From Anolis carolinensis (lineage: Eukaryota), in contig NC_085846.1 of the NCBI RefSeq assembly GCF_035594765.1, positions 955,513 through 1,019,512 of the forward strand: DNA of 64,000 nucleotides, given 5' to 3'. Each line of letters opens with the position of its first letter. The first letter of the stretch is position 1. A program made the position numbers and the translations under genes. Of this stretch, positions 33,758 to 46,196 are shown one piece after another. Under the pieces are notes generated by a model, which was given only the letters and a program-made list of their open reading frames with translations, searched no databases and was not told the origin of the DNA.

Positions 33758-36700
33758 TCAGCAGTTAGGATTGGTGAGAGTTGGAGTCCAAAACACCTGG
33801 AGGGAGGGCTGAAGTTGGCCCAGGCCTGTTCTAAAGAGATGCAGGGAGGCAGTGGATTGGCAGGGCCTCACCTGTAGTGCGTGTAGATGCTGGCGGTGAA
33901 GGGCAGCTTGGGGGTCGACCACTGGACCACCGCGATGAGAGGGACCTCCAGGCCCTGGGGGGGGGGGGAGAAGAGGCATCGACTTGGCCAGGACATTGGG
34001 GAGGGGGCACGGACTGCAGCCCCTTCCTCCCTCCCTGCCAAGAGCCAGGCTCCCCGCGCTCCCTCCTCACCTCCTTGGCGCTGCTGGGGGGCTGCTCGGG
34101 GGCCTGGAGCTGGAAGAGGAAGTTCTGCTCCTCAAGGGCCCGGAGGGAGCACGAGGCCGAGGAAGAGGAAGAGGAAGAGGAAGAGGAGGAGGAGACGCGG
34201 CAGAAGGAGGCCATGGAGACCTCGCCCGACTGGTGGCTGCAAGAGAAGGAGGAGAATGAAGAAGAGAAGAGGGATCAATAAAGAGAAGATAGAGAATAAG
34301 AAGAAGGAGGAAGAGAAAGAGAAGGAGGAAGAAAAGGAGAAGAAAGAGAAGGAGAATAAGAAGGAGAGGAAGAGAAAGAGAAGACGGAGAAAGAAGAGGA
34401 GAAGAAAGAGAAGGAGAATAAGAAGGAGAGGAAGAGAAAGAGAAGAGGGAGAAAGAAGAGGAGAAGAAAGAGAAGGAGAATAAGAAGGAGAGGAAGAGAA
34501 AGAGAAGAGGGAGAAAGAAGAGGAGAAGAAAGTGAAGGAGAAGCAAGAGAAGACGGAGAATAAGAAGAAGGAGAGGAAGGAGGAGGAGGAAGAGAAAGAG
34601 AAGAGGGATCAATAGAGGAAGAGAAGACAGAGAATAAGAAGGAGGAAGAGAAAGAGAAGGAGAAAGAAAAGAAGAAGAAAGAGAAGGAGAATAAGAAGGA
34701 GAGGAAGAGAAAGAGAAGAGGGAGAAAGAAGAGGAGAAGAAAGTGAAGGAGAAGCAAGAGAAGACGGAGAATAAGAAGAAGGAGGAAGAGAAAGAGAAGG
34801 AGGAAGAAAAGAAGAAGAAAGAGAAGGAGAATAAGAAGGAAAGGAAGAGAAAGAGAAGAGGGAGAAAGAAGAAGAGAAGAAAGAGAAGGAGAATAAGAAG
34901 GAAAGGAAGAGAAAGAGAAGAGGGAGAAAGAAGAGGAGAAGAAAGAGAAGGAGAATAAGAAGGAGAGGAAGAGAAAGAGAAGACGGAGAAAGAAGAGGAG
35001 AAGAAAGAGAAGGAGAATAAGAAGGAGAGGAAGAGAAAGAGAAGGGGGAGAAAGAAAAGGAGAAGAAAGTGAAGGAGAAGCAAGAGAAGACGGAGAATAA
35101 GAAGAAGGAGAGGAAGGAGGAGGAGGAAGAGAAAGAGAAGAGGGATCAATAGAGGAGGAAGAGAAGACAGAGAATAAGAAGGAGGAAGAGAAAGAGAAGG
35201 AGAAAGAAAAGGAGAAGAAAGAGAAGGAGAATAAGGAGAGGAAGAGAAAGAGAAGAGGGAGAAAGAAAAGAAGAAGAAAGAGAAGGAGAATAAGAAGGAG
35301 AGGAAGAGAAAGAGAAGAGGGAGAAAGAAGAGGAGAAGAAAGTGAAGGAGAAGCAAGAGAAGACGGAGAATAAGAAGAAGGAGGAAGAGAAAGAGAAGGA
35401 GGAAGAAAAGAAGAAGAAAGAGAAGGAGAATAAGAAGGAAAGGAAGAGAAAGAGAAGAGGGAGAAAGAAGAAGAGAAGAAAGAGAAGGAGAATAAGAAGG
35501 AAAGGAAGAGAAAGAGAAGAGGGAGAAAGAAGAGGAGAAGAAAGAGAAGGAGAATAAGAAGGAGAGGAAGAGAAAGAGAAGACGGAGAAAGAAGAGGAGA
35601 AGAAAGAGAAGGAGAATAAGAAGGAGAGGAAGAGAAAGAGAAGGGGGAGAAAGAAAAGGAGAAGAAAGTGAAGGAGAAGCAAGAGAAGACGGAGAATAAG
35701 AAGAAGGAGAGGAAGGAGGAGGAGGAAGAGAAAGAGAAGAGGGATCAATAGAGGAGGAAGAGAAGACAGAGAATAAGAAGGAGGAAGAGAAAGAGAAGGA
35801 GAAAGAAAAGGAGAAGAAAGAGAAGGAGAATAAGGAGAGGAAGAGAAAGAGAAGAGGGAGAAAGAAAAGAAGAAGAAAGAGAAGGAGAATAAGAAGGAGA
35901 GGAAGAGAAAGAGAAGAGGGAGAAAGAAGAGGAGAAGAAAGTGAAGGAGAAGCAAGAGAAGACGGAGAATAAGAAGAAGGAGGAAGAGAAAGAGAAGGAG
36001 GAAGAAAAGAAGAAGAAAGAGAAGGAGAATAAGAAGGAAAGGAAGAGAAAGAGAAGAGGGAGAAAGAAGAAGAGAAGAAAGAGAAGGAGAATAAGAAGGA
36101 AAGGAAGAGAAAGAGAAGAGGGAGAAAGAAGAGGAGAAGAAAGAGAAGGAGAATAAGAAGGAGAGGAAGAGAAAGAGAAGACGGAGAAAGAAGAGGAGAA
36201 GAAAGAGAAGGAGAATAAGAAGGAGAGGAAGAGAAAGAGAAGGGGGAGAAAGAAAAGGAGAAGAAAGTGAAGGAGAAGCAAGAGAAGACGGAGAATAAGA
36301 AGAAGGAGAGGAAGGAGGAGGAGGAAGAGAAAGAGAAGAGGGATCAATAGAGGAGGAAGAGAAGACAGAGAATAAGAAGGAGGAAGAGAAAGAGAAGGAG
36401 AAAGAAAAGGAGAAGAAAGAGAAGGAGAATAAGGAGAGGAAGAGAAAGAGAAGAGGGAGAAAGAAAAGAAGAAGAAAGAGAAGGAGAATAAGAAGGAGAG
36501 GAAGAGAAAGAGAAGACGGAGAAAGAAGAGGAGAAGAAAGAGGAGAAGAAAGAGATGACGGAGGAGAATAAGAAGAAGAGGAAGGAGGAGGAGAAAGAGG
36601 AGAAGGGGAAGAAGGGCTTAACGCCTGTCTGAGCCCCCCTGCCCAGGCCTCTCAGGAGGGGCCCTTGGTGGAAGGGGAAGGGGGAAGGGACATGAGCCCC

Positions 36701-39700
36701 CCATAATTCCCCCCCCAATATTCCCCATATCCCCCCCCCCCCCCCGTTTCCTTACCAAACGTCATCAACCAGCAGGACGGACCCGTCGGGCATCATGGGG
36801 AGGTAACTGGCATTGAAGTTGGGCAGGATGCGGACGTCCCAGACGGAGACCTCCTCCTGCGAGGCCGCGTTCAGGACTGGGGAGGGGTCACACAAGGCGG
36901 GGGGAGGTCACAGGTCATAGGGGGGCTGTGTGTGATTCCCAGGAGGGAGGGGCCGGAAGATGGTTTTCCCTCTCCCCCAATTGGGTTGTTGTATGTTTTC
37001 CGGATTGTATGGCCATGTTCTAGAAGCATTCTCTCCTGACGTTTCACCCACATCTATGGCAGGCATCCTCAGAGGTTGTGAGGTATGGAGAAACTAAGCA
37101 AGGAAGGTTTATATATATGTTGTCGAAGGCTTTCATGGCCGGGATCACAGGGTTGTTGTACGTCTTTCGGGCTGTGTGAATACTTCTGGAACATGGCCAC
37201 ACAGCCCCAAAGACATATAACAACCCGGTTTATATATATCTGTGGAAACTCCTGACGTTTTGCCCACATCTATGGCAGGCATCCTCAGAGGTTGTGAGGC
37301 ATGGAGAAACTAAGCAAGGAAGGTTTATACACAGTAGAGTCTCACTTATCCAACATAAACGGGCTGGCAGAATGTTGGATAAGCAAATATGTTGGATAAT
37401 AAGGAGAGATTAAGAAAAAGCCTATTAAACATCAAAATGGGTTATGATTTTACAAATTAAGCACCAAAACATCATGTTATACAACAAATTTGACAGAAAG
37501 AGTAGTTCAATACGCAGTAAAGCTATGTAGTAATTACTGTATTTACGAATTTAGCACCAAAATATCACGATTTATTGAAAACATTGACTACAAAAATGCG
37601 TTGGATAATCCAGAACGTTGGATAAGTGAGACTCTACTGTATATATCTGTGGAAAGTCCAGGGTGAGAGAACTCTTTGTCAGTTGGAGGCCAGTGTGAAT
37701 GTTGTAGTTAATCACCTTAATTAGCACTGAATAGCTTCATCTCCTGGCTTCCTGCCTGGAGGCATCCTTTGTTCAGAGTCATTAGCTGCCCTTGGTCCCC
37801 ATGTCTGGTTATCAGAGTGTTGCTTCTTATTGACTGTTTTGATTTTTGAGTTTTTTAATACTCACCTTTCAGGACCGTCAGGTGCTTCCCGGCCACGTTG
37901 AGCTGCTGGCACTTGACCTCTGGGGGCGGCAGGACGGTCAGCAGGGTGCTCACTGAGGGAGGGGGTGGGGGGGGGAGGGACACATTAAGATTAGTGACCA
38001 CACAGAAGACAGCGAGTTGCAAGCTTTTAGTTTAAGAAAAACAAGAACACAGAGACATTCATTCCCTATAATCTGCTACCAATGACAGTTTCCTCAGGAT
38101 ACAGTGAGTGTCGGGACCCCTTCTGGGACCCCCACCTTTGCCCCCCCCTCCCCCCCGCCAATGCCGACCTTGTGCCTTGAAGGCGCCCTGCTCCTCCTTG
38201 AAGGTCTGGGCGGGGGCCCGGTCCTGCAGGAGGCTCAGGTAGCCCCTCTCCCGCGCCTCCGCCTTCTCCTGGTCCCGCTTCCAGACGGTCACCACGATCT
38301 GTGGGAAGGAGAGACACAGGTGTGAGATTTTGGTTGTGTGAGTATGAAATGCGAATCAAGTGGTTATTGCTGTTTTGCAAGTGTGTGTTTCAGCAATGAA
38401 ACAGTTAACAGCAGGCCAGTTTGACTGACCGCCTGCTGTGGCCTATGCGACATGATTTCCGGCCTTGGAGGACAGGACTTCCTTCCTTCGGACTAAGGAA
38501 TGTGCTTCTTACCAGTTGGACCAGGGGTCCCCAAATTTTTTAAGCAGGGGGCCGGTCCACAATCCTTCAGACTGTGGAGGGGCCGAACTATCATTTGAAA
38601 AAGAAACACAAACAAATCCCTATGCACACTGCACATGTCTTATTTGTAGTGCAAAACAACAACAACAATGAAAGAACAATAAAATATTTTAAAATGAAAA
38701 CAATTTTAACCAACATAAACCTATCAGGCCAATGAGATAGTCAAGTTAATTAGGATTGTTGTTGTTGTTGTTGTTGTTGTGTGCCTTCAAGTCAAGTGGG
38801 CGAGCCTAATTCTAAAATTATTTATTTATTCATTTACTACATTTATTTACTACATTTATATCCCACCCTTCTCACCCCGAAGGGAACTCAGAGCAGCTGT
38901 ATGTACATAGAATATATTATATTATTAGCACAGCACAATATTAGCATTCTATATTACTATATTGAACTATACCACTATACTGTAATATTATATGTAATAT
39001 ATAACAAATAATTAATATTATTATATGGTATTATTATTAGTATTACATTGTACAACATGACAATATTATCAATATATGTATATATAATATATTATATTAT
39101 TAAAACTGATTGATGGTTTTGAAGAAACCCACACCCCTACACACACCCTGGTGACAAGAGGGAGGGGTCATCACAGGGTGGGGTGAGTGACAGATAAACA
39201 TGATCCTAGGTTTGAATGGAATTGTATGAAAGGAGTATGAATATGATGTGTATGTTTATATTGTAAGCTGCCCTGAGTCCCCTGATGGGTGAGAAGGGCG
39301 GGGTAGAAGTGATGCAATAAATAAACAAATAACTGGGCCCAAGATGCAATCCTGACACATCGAGGCCCAGAAAATAATAATAAATAATAAACTTTATTTT
39401 TATATCCCGCCCCATCTCCCCGGAGGGACTCGGGGCGGCTCACAACAGGGACAAGCCCGAAACAACAACACAACATATTTGACATAAACTTAAAACATTC
39501 CAAAGATACACAAAATAAAATAATAAACCATACATTAAAATCCGAGCAGATAAAAACAGAGTAATTAAAAGCAAACCAGCAGGGACAGGTTTCATAAAGT
39601 GCTGTGTCATGGAAATAAGTAACAGTGATAAAGTGCCATACGCTTTTAAAACAGAAAGAAGTATTCGGATGACAGCTCTATTGGGCCCATTGAGGCCCAG

Positions 39701-39794
39701 GGACTGTAATTAAAAGTTTCTGATGAGAACTGTGTTCACAATTAACTAGTGACATGGCTGACTTGATTAACTCTTGGTGGAAACAACTTGTTTA

Positions 39795-39841
<47 letters not shown>

Positions 39842-42811
39842 TAGGCCCGGGCTGTGGTGCAGGCGGGAGAGCAAGCCAGCTGCAATTAGCTGCAATGAAT
39901 CACTCTGACCAGGAGGTCATGAGTTCGAGGCCCCTCGGAGCCTATGTTTGTCTTGTCTTTGTTCTATGTTAAAAGGCATTGAATGTTTGCCTATATGTGT
40001 AATGTGATCCGCCCTGAGTCCCCTTCGGGGTGAGAAAGAAGGGCGGGATATAAATGCTGTAAATAAATAAATAAATAAATAAATAAGTAAATAGTAACTT
40101 TATTTTTATACCCCACCCCATCTCCCCGAAGGGACTCGGGGCGGCTTACATGGGGCCTAGCCCGATAAGACAATCAATATCAATAGCACGACTATAAAAC
40201 AATTATACCAGTAAAACATCAATAGCAATAAAACAATCGTTAAAATCAGCAAAAAGCATACAAAAAACATACAATATTAAAACAGGAGACTAATTCATAA
40301 AATCCAGAACAGAATGTGCCGGTAGGAATGGACAATAAAGTGCAAAATAGCATTGGCAACAACATAGCTTCTTGGCAGGGGGTTGGACTGGATGGCCCAT
40401 GAGGTCTCTTCCAACTCTACTATTCTGTGATTCTATGATTCAAAGACAATGGCTATGTAAGTTAAGGAAACCAATATCCGTTTAAGAAGGAAGTCAACAC
40501 AAGGCTCCTTAATTAAGGAGAGTCAACATCTGTCTGGAACTGATGGGAATGGGGCCGGGCTATGGCGCAGCTGGCTAGTAACCAGCTGCTATAAATCAGT
40601 ACTGACCGAGAGGTCATGAGTTCAAAGCCCGGGTCGGGTTAAGCCTCCGACCATAAAATAATAATAATAATAAAAATAGCCCTGGCTTGCTGTTGACCTA
40701 GCAGCCCCGAAAGACAGTTGCATCTGTCAAGTAGGGAAAATTTAGGTACGCTTTATGCGGGAGGCTAATTTAACCAATCTACAACACCATAAAACTGCTC
40801 ACGAGGAAAAGAAGAGGAAGAACAGCCACCAATGGACGGTGAAGCAACAGCTCCCCCTGTGGCCGGAATCGTGAAGCTGGAAAGATGTTAAAATGCCTCT
40901 GTGTCTGTCTAAAACTGAATGTTGTTTGTCTGTTGGCATTGAATGTTTGCCATATATGTGTTCATTGTAATCCGCCCTGAGTCCCCTGCGGGGTGAGAAA
41001 GAAGGGCGGCATATAAATACTGTAAATAAATAAATAAATAATATAGTTACATTGAATCTGTATGTCTAATGTCATTCTTTGTGCAAATGTTGTTCTGACA
41101 TACCCTCTCACGCTGCAATTGCAATAAAAAGTATTAATGACAGACGTGTCTACGGGGGTCCCTTCCCCCCCTTTTCCCACCTTGGCCTTGAGGGTCGAAG
41201 GGGGCAGCTTGTCCAGGGAGATGGTCAGCGGGAAGATGACCTCGTCGGTGGAGACGATTGGCTCCTCCTAAGCCGGGGAGATAGATAAATACATAAGATA
41301 AATAAACAATAAAGTGCCCGTTAACACCACCCAGACAAAGGATGACTCCAAGCAATAAGAGCCAGGCCACCCCACTGACTAATTTTGCAACTTCATGGAT
41401 TACGAAATTAAATGCCTTCCCCACCACAAAACAACACCCCAAGCACCACTGCACAGCCCTTAATGCCACATCAATGCAAAGCCATGGAGTTCAATGTAGG
41501 CCCCTTCCTCACAGCCACGTAACCCAGAACAGATAACCCAGAAGATCTGCTTTAATTGGGTTGTCTGAGTCCACACTGTCATATAATCCAGTTTAATGTG
41601 GATTGTATACAGTTGTGTGGAAGAGTCCCTAGTTACAGCTCTAGGATAAAAGCGATCTTACAGGTCTATCTCCTTCTATGCAGAGACCCTCACTGGTTGA
41701 CTTTGCAGCTTCATGGCTACTCAATGCTAATCAAGGTTGCCAACTGCAGGTTGGAAGGGAGGGAGGGGGGCAGGTGGGCAGCCAGGATGACCATCCGCTT
41801 ATGACGCCTGAGGCCAAAGCTGGGGAGATGCAGGACAGCATGGCCCACTCAATGCGACCCTGGGATTGGTAATCCCATCCTTCCACATTCCAATGGCTAC
41901 TGCATGGCCCGCAATGCCACATCAGTGTGAAGCCACGGAGTTCAGCACGGCTGCAGGTCAAGGAACAAAGCCTCCTCCCGGTCTGTTTGTCCTTCCCTTT
42001 GCTGCCCTGTACCGCCTGCCAGGGGTCAATCATTCAGGGGTGGGATGGGGTGCCGAAGAATGCCCCGAGCTTCCCAAGGATATAAAAAAGGTCAAGGTTT
42101 CCCCTGACGTTAAGTCCAGTCATGACTGACTCTGGGGGTTGGTGCTCATCTCCATTTCTAAGCCAAAGAGCCGGCGTTGTCCATAGACACCTCCAAGGTC
42201 ATGTGGCCATTGGCATGACTGCATGAAGTGCCATTACCTTCCCGTCGGAGCAGTACCTATAGATCTACTCACATTGGCATGTTTTTGAACTGCTAGGTTG
42301 GCAGAAGCTGGGGCTGACAGTGGCTGCTCACTCCACTCCCGGGATTTGAACCTGCGACCTTTTGATCTGCAAGTTCAGCAGCTCAGCGCTTTAACACACT
42401 TTTCCACTGGGGCTCCAAGGCTATAAGTGGGGCCTATAGAGTTCTCCTAAAGAGGGGAGGGGTCACCCAAAGGGTCTGTCTCTTCTCCCTCTTTTCCTCG
42501 GGAGGGAAGGAGGGGGTGCCGCAGGGAAGGGGAGCCCGGCATTTGTCAGAGGCCATCAAAGCCCTCCTGACAGATGGCCACACAGCCTCAATAATAATAG
42601 TTGGAAGGGACACCCAAAGGCCATGTAGTCAAACCTCTTTCTTTCTACCTTCATGCAGGAAAAAGACCATCAAAGCCCCCCCCCCCCCGCCCAAGCCTCT
42701 GTTTAATACTACTGTAATAGCATAGTATCCTTGAACTGGAAGGGGTCCCAAAGGCCACCTAGTCTAGCCACTTTCTTCTTTGTGCTATGCAGGAGGGCAC
42801 CATGCCTCTGT

Positions 42812-42844
<33 letters not shown>

Positions 42845-44049
42845 TTACAACCCTAGTATCCTAGAGTTGGAAGGGACCCCCAAAGGACACAAAGCCTAGC
42901 CCCCTTCTTTTTGCCACACAATGGGGACACCATGAAAGCCCTCCTGAGAGATGGCCACCCAGACTCTGTTTAATAATAATAATACAGCAACCATAGTATT
43001 TTTTCCTTCATGTCAGGAGCAATCAGAGTTGCTTCTGGAGTGAGAGAATTGGCCGTCTGCAAGGACGTTGCCCAGGGGACATTGCCCGGATGTTTTGATG
43101 TTTTTACCATCCTTGTGGGAGGCTTCTCTCATGTCCCCACATGGAGCTGGAGCTGAGAGAGGGAGCTCATCCGCACTCTCCCCGGGTGGGATTGGAACCT
43201 GGCAGCCTTCAGGTCAGCAGCCCAACCTTCAAGTCACGAGGCTTTTATCCCCTAGGCCACCGGAGGCTCCCTCTGTTTAATTATACTGTAATACAACCAT
43301 AGAGCTGGGAGGGATCCCAAAGGACACGAAGCCTAGCCCCCTTCTTTTTGCCACACAATGGGGACACCATGAAAGCCCTCCTGACAAATGGCCACCCAGA
43401 CTCTGTTTAATAATACTACAACCATAGTATCCTAGTGTTGGAAGGGACCCCCGAAGGCCCCTGGCCCAACCCCCTTGCTCTTTGTGTACAAGCCCTCCCG
43501 GCAGACGGCCAGGCAGCCCTCCCTCCCTCCCCCTTCGAAGCGCGTCCTTACCGCGGAGGCGGGGGCGGGGGTGCCCTTGGCGGGGGCGCCGTGGGTGAGG
43601 AGGGCCCGGCAGTGGCGGAAGGGGGAGGGGGCGGCCCCGGGGGCGGAGGAGGAGGAGGAGGCGGAGGAGGAGGGCGGGGGGGAGTGGCCCCTCCCCTCGG
43701 GCCCCTCCCCCTCCGGGCCCCCGCCCCCGCCGGGGAGCAGCACCAGCCCGGCCCCCCCGCAGGCGCCCCCTCCCCCTCCCCCTCCCCCGGGGCTGACGCT
43801 GGCCAGGGCGGACAGGGACCCGGCCAGTTGTCCCCAGGGGGGGGCTGCCGGGGCGGGGGCGGGGGCGGGGGCGGAGGGGGCGGCGGCGGCGCGGCAGCGC
43901 AGGACGAGGAGGAAGCGGACGGTCTCGCCCAGGTAGAGGTGGTTCCTCCGCGGGAGGGAGCGGTACCGGCCCGGCTCGCCCTCCAGCTCCTCCCGGCCCG
44001 GGAAGGCCGTCGCCGGGAAGTACATGAAGTAGTCGCACTGGGACTCCAT
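27108..44049 (-). CDS. TRAPPC14: TRAPP II subunit TRAPPC14 (C7orf43/MAP11), 612 aa; exons 44049-43552, 41267-41181, 38298-38169, 37952-37866, 36876-36756, 34236-34071, 33954-33872, 32336-32173, 32060-31906, 29326-29133, 27261-27108
   Basis: [12 protein letters not shown]...[72 protein letters not shown] and [15 protein letters not shown]. Eleven exons with consistent phases total 1839 nt. Minus-strand AATAAA at 26501-26506. Confidence 0.96.
27636..28712 (+). mobile_element. 5'-truncated Vingi/Ingi-like LINE in TRAPPC14 intron 10
   Basis: RT C-terminus [25 protein letters not shown]-terminal CDCG..QT..H...C knuckle and (AAAT) tail; TSD ATGGATTATCCC/ATGGATCATCCC. Confidence 0.8.
32814..33606 (+). 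mobile_element. Non-autonomous Helitron containing a Sauria SINE
   Basis: Same termini and same internal SINE junctions as 4750-5314. Confidence 0.8.
34240..36616. repeat. Polypurine/polypyrimidine satellite with 599-bp higher-order period
   Basis: GA-rich; marker GGGATCAATA at ~35142, 35741, 36340; identical ORFs at 34743, 35342 and 35941. Confidence 0.95.
36980..37860 (-). mobile_element. Penelope-like element termini (others ~6712-7080, 15727-15932, 21120-21760, 23360-23565, 45920-46410, 47710-48250, 58630-59415)
   Basis: Tandem and inverted terminal repeats with hammerhead motifs; GIY-YIG C-terminal remnants EILDHSDNHFVKLHREAI (47990-48080) and VRLHKEAIDIHK (59150-59240). Confidence 0.8.
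37035..37075 (-). ncRNA. Minimal type I hammerhead ribozyme (Penelope terminus), sense in TRAPPC14 intron 4
   Basis: Minus strand reads CCT-CTGAGGA-TGCCTGC catagat GTGGGT-GAAA-C-GTC-AGG: intact core, stem II, stem I CCT/AGG and vestigial stem III ACGT. Confidence 0.75.
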
Positions 44050-44509
44050 CCCCGGAGGAGGAACAGGGAGGAAACGGACGGGGAGGAAGGGGAAGGAAGA
44101 GGCGAGGCAGGTGCAGAGGGCGCGCCGCCGGGGAGGCGTCCGGGGAGGGAGGGAGGGAGGGAGGGAGGAGGAGGAGGAAGGAGGAAGGAAGGAGGGAAGA
44201 AAGGAAGGAAGGAAGAAAAGCAAGGAGAAGGCGGCCCTCCTCCTCCCCGAAGGCCCGCCCACTGCCCCTCCCTCCCTCCCTCCCTCCCCCGCTTCCGGTC
44301 AGTGATGCAACCATGCCCCCCCCCCGACACACCGGAAACCAAGGGCGGGGCCTCCCCGGAGAGAAGCGCTTCCGTGACTGTGAGATTTCCAAGCTGCCTG
44401 CGCACGACTTTCCAGCAGCAGCAGCAGCATCCTCTCCTTGCGTTCCGCCTGCACCTGTGCCTCTTGGCATCTTCACAGGCTGTGTCGGAAATGCGGCAAG
44501 TGGCTAGAC

Positions 44510-45914
44510 CAGGGGTCTCCAAACTAAGGCCCGGGGGCCGGATGCGGCCCGCCGAGGTCATTGACCTGGCCCCTGTCTTAAACTTTAGACTTAGGGTTGA
44601 CCTAAGTCTAGCTGGTTTTTGGAGGTCTCTTTGCTTACCTATGGTCTTATGAGATTGTCTAGATAGTCTTTGAAGGTCTCTTTGCTTAGCTACGGCCTTA
44701 TGAGACCATCTAGATGGCTTTTGGAGGTCCCTTTCCTTACCTATGGTTTTATGAGATTCTAGATGGCCTTTGGAGGCTTCTTTCCTTACCTATGGTCTTA
44801 TGAGATCATCTAGATAGTCTTTGGAGGTCTCTTTGCTTACCTATGGTCTTATGAGATCGTCTAGATCAGGGGTCCCCAAACTAAGGCCCATGGGCCGGAT
44901 GCGGCCCTCCAAGGTCATTGACCTGGCCCCTGTCTTAAACTTTAGACTTAGGGTTGACCTAAGTCTAGCTGGTTTTTGGAGGTCTCTTTGCTTACCTATG
45001 GTCTTATGAGATTGTCTAGATAGTCTTTGAAGGTCTCTTTGCTTAGCTACGGCCTTATGAGACCATCTAGATGGCTTTTGGAGGTCCCTTTCCTTACCTA
45101 TGGTTTTATGAGATTCTAGATGGCCTTTGGAGGCTTCTTTCCTTACCTATGGTCTTATGAGATCATCTAGATAGTCTTTGGAGGTCTCTTTGCTTACCTA
45201 TGGTCTTATGAGATCGTCTAGATCAGGGGTCCCCAAACTAAGGCCCATGGGCCGGATGCGGCCCTCCAAGGTCATTGACCTGGCCCCTGTCTTAAACTTT
45301 AGACTTAGGGTTGACCTAAGTCTAGCTGGTTTTTGGAGGTCTCTTTGCTTACCTATGGTCTTATGAGATTGTCTAGATAGTCTTTGAAGGTCTCTTTGCT
45401 TAGCTACGGCCTTATGAGACCATCTAGATGGCTTTTGGAGGTCCCTTTCCTTACCTATGGTTTTATGAGATTCTAGATGGCCTTTGGAGGCTTCTTTCCT
45501 TACCTATGGTCTTATGAAACCATCTAGGTGGTCTTTGAGGTTCCTTTCCTTATCTATGGGCTTCTGATGGTCTGATGAGATCATCTAGATGGGCTTTGAG
45601 GGTCCCTTTCCTTACCGATGGTCTTATGAGATCATCTAGATGGTCTTTGGAGGTCTCTTTGCTTACCTATGGTCTTATGAGATCGTCTAGATCAGGGGTC
45701 CCCAAACTAAGGCCCATGGGCCGGATGCGGCCCTCCAAGGTCATTGACCTGGCCCCTGTCTTAAACTTTAGACTTAGGGTTGACCTACGTCTGAAATGAC
45801 TTGGAAGGCACACAAAAACAATCCTAATTTTGGAGTATTTCATCATAGTCTGGCCCCCCAACACTCGGAGGGACTGTGAATCAGCCCTTCACTTAAAAAG
45901 TTTGAGGACCCCTG
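44510..45914 (+). mobile_element. hAT (Charlie-like) non-autonomous element with 357-bp internal tandem duplications
   Basis: CAGGGGTC..CAAACT left end at 44510, 44867, 45224 and 45693; single right end ...GACCCCTG at 45914; TSD GGCTAGAC/GTCTAGAC. Confidence 0.75.
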
Positions 45915-46155
45915 GTCTAGACTATCCCTGGGGAATGAGGTCCCGGGTGGGGGGAAGAACCCGGTCTGTGTGAAGCGAGTGTGAGTGTTGCCACTGGCAG
46001 GCCTGAATAGCATTGGGTGGTGTGTTGTCGAAGGCTTTCATGGCCGGGATCACAGGGTTGTTGTATGTTTTCTGGGCTGTATGCCCATGTTCCAGAAGTA
46101 TTCTCTCCTGACGTTTCGCCCACATCTATGGCAGGCATCCTCAGATACCTCACAA

Positions 46156-46196
46156 CCTCTGAGGATGCCTGCCATAGATGTGGGCGAAACGTCAGG
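46156..46196 (+). ncRNA. Minimal hammerhead ribozyme (Penelope), with an inverted partner at ~46107-46146
   Basis: CCT-CTGAGGA-TGCCTGC catagat GTGGGC-GAAACGTC-AGG; the mirror copy on the minus strand also keeps CTGAGGA and GAAACGTC. Confidence 0.7.

Noticed and set aside
34067-36718. Leu/Phe/Ser-rich and Lys/Glu/Arg-rich ORFs
   Set aside because: Translations of the GA/TC satellite.
43277-44652. Several overlapping 300-400 aa ORFs
   Set aside because: GC-rich shadows of TRAPPC14 exon 1; only the MESQCDY frame is conserved.
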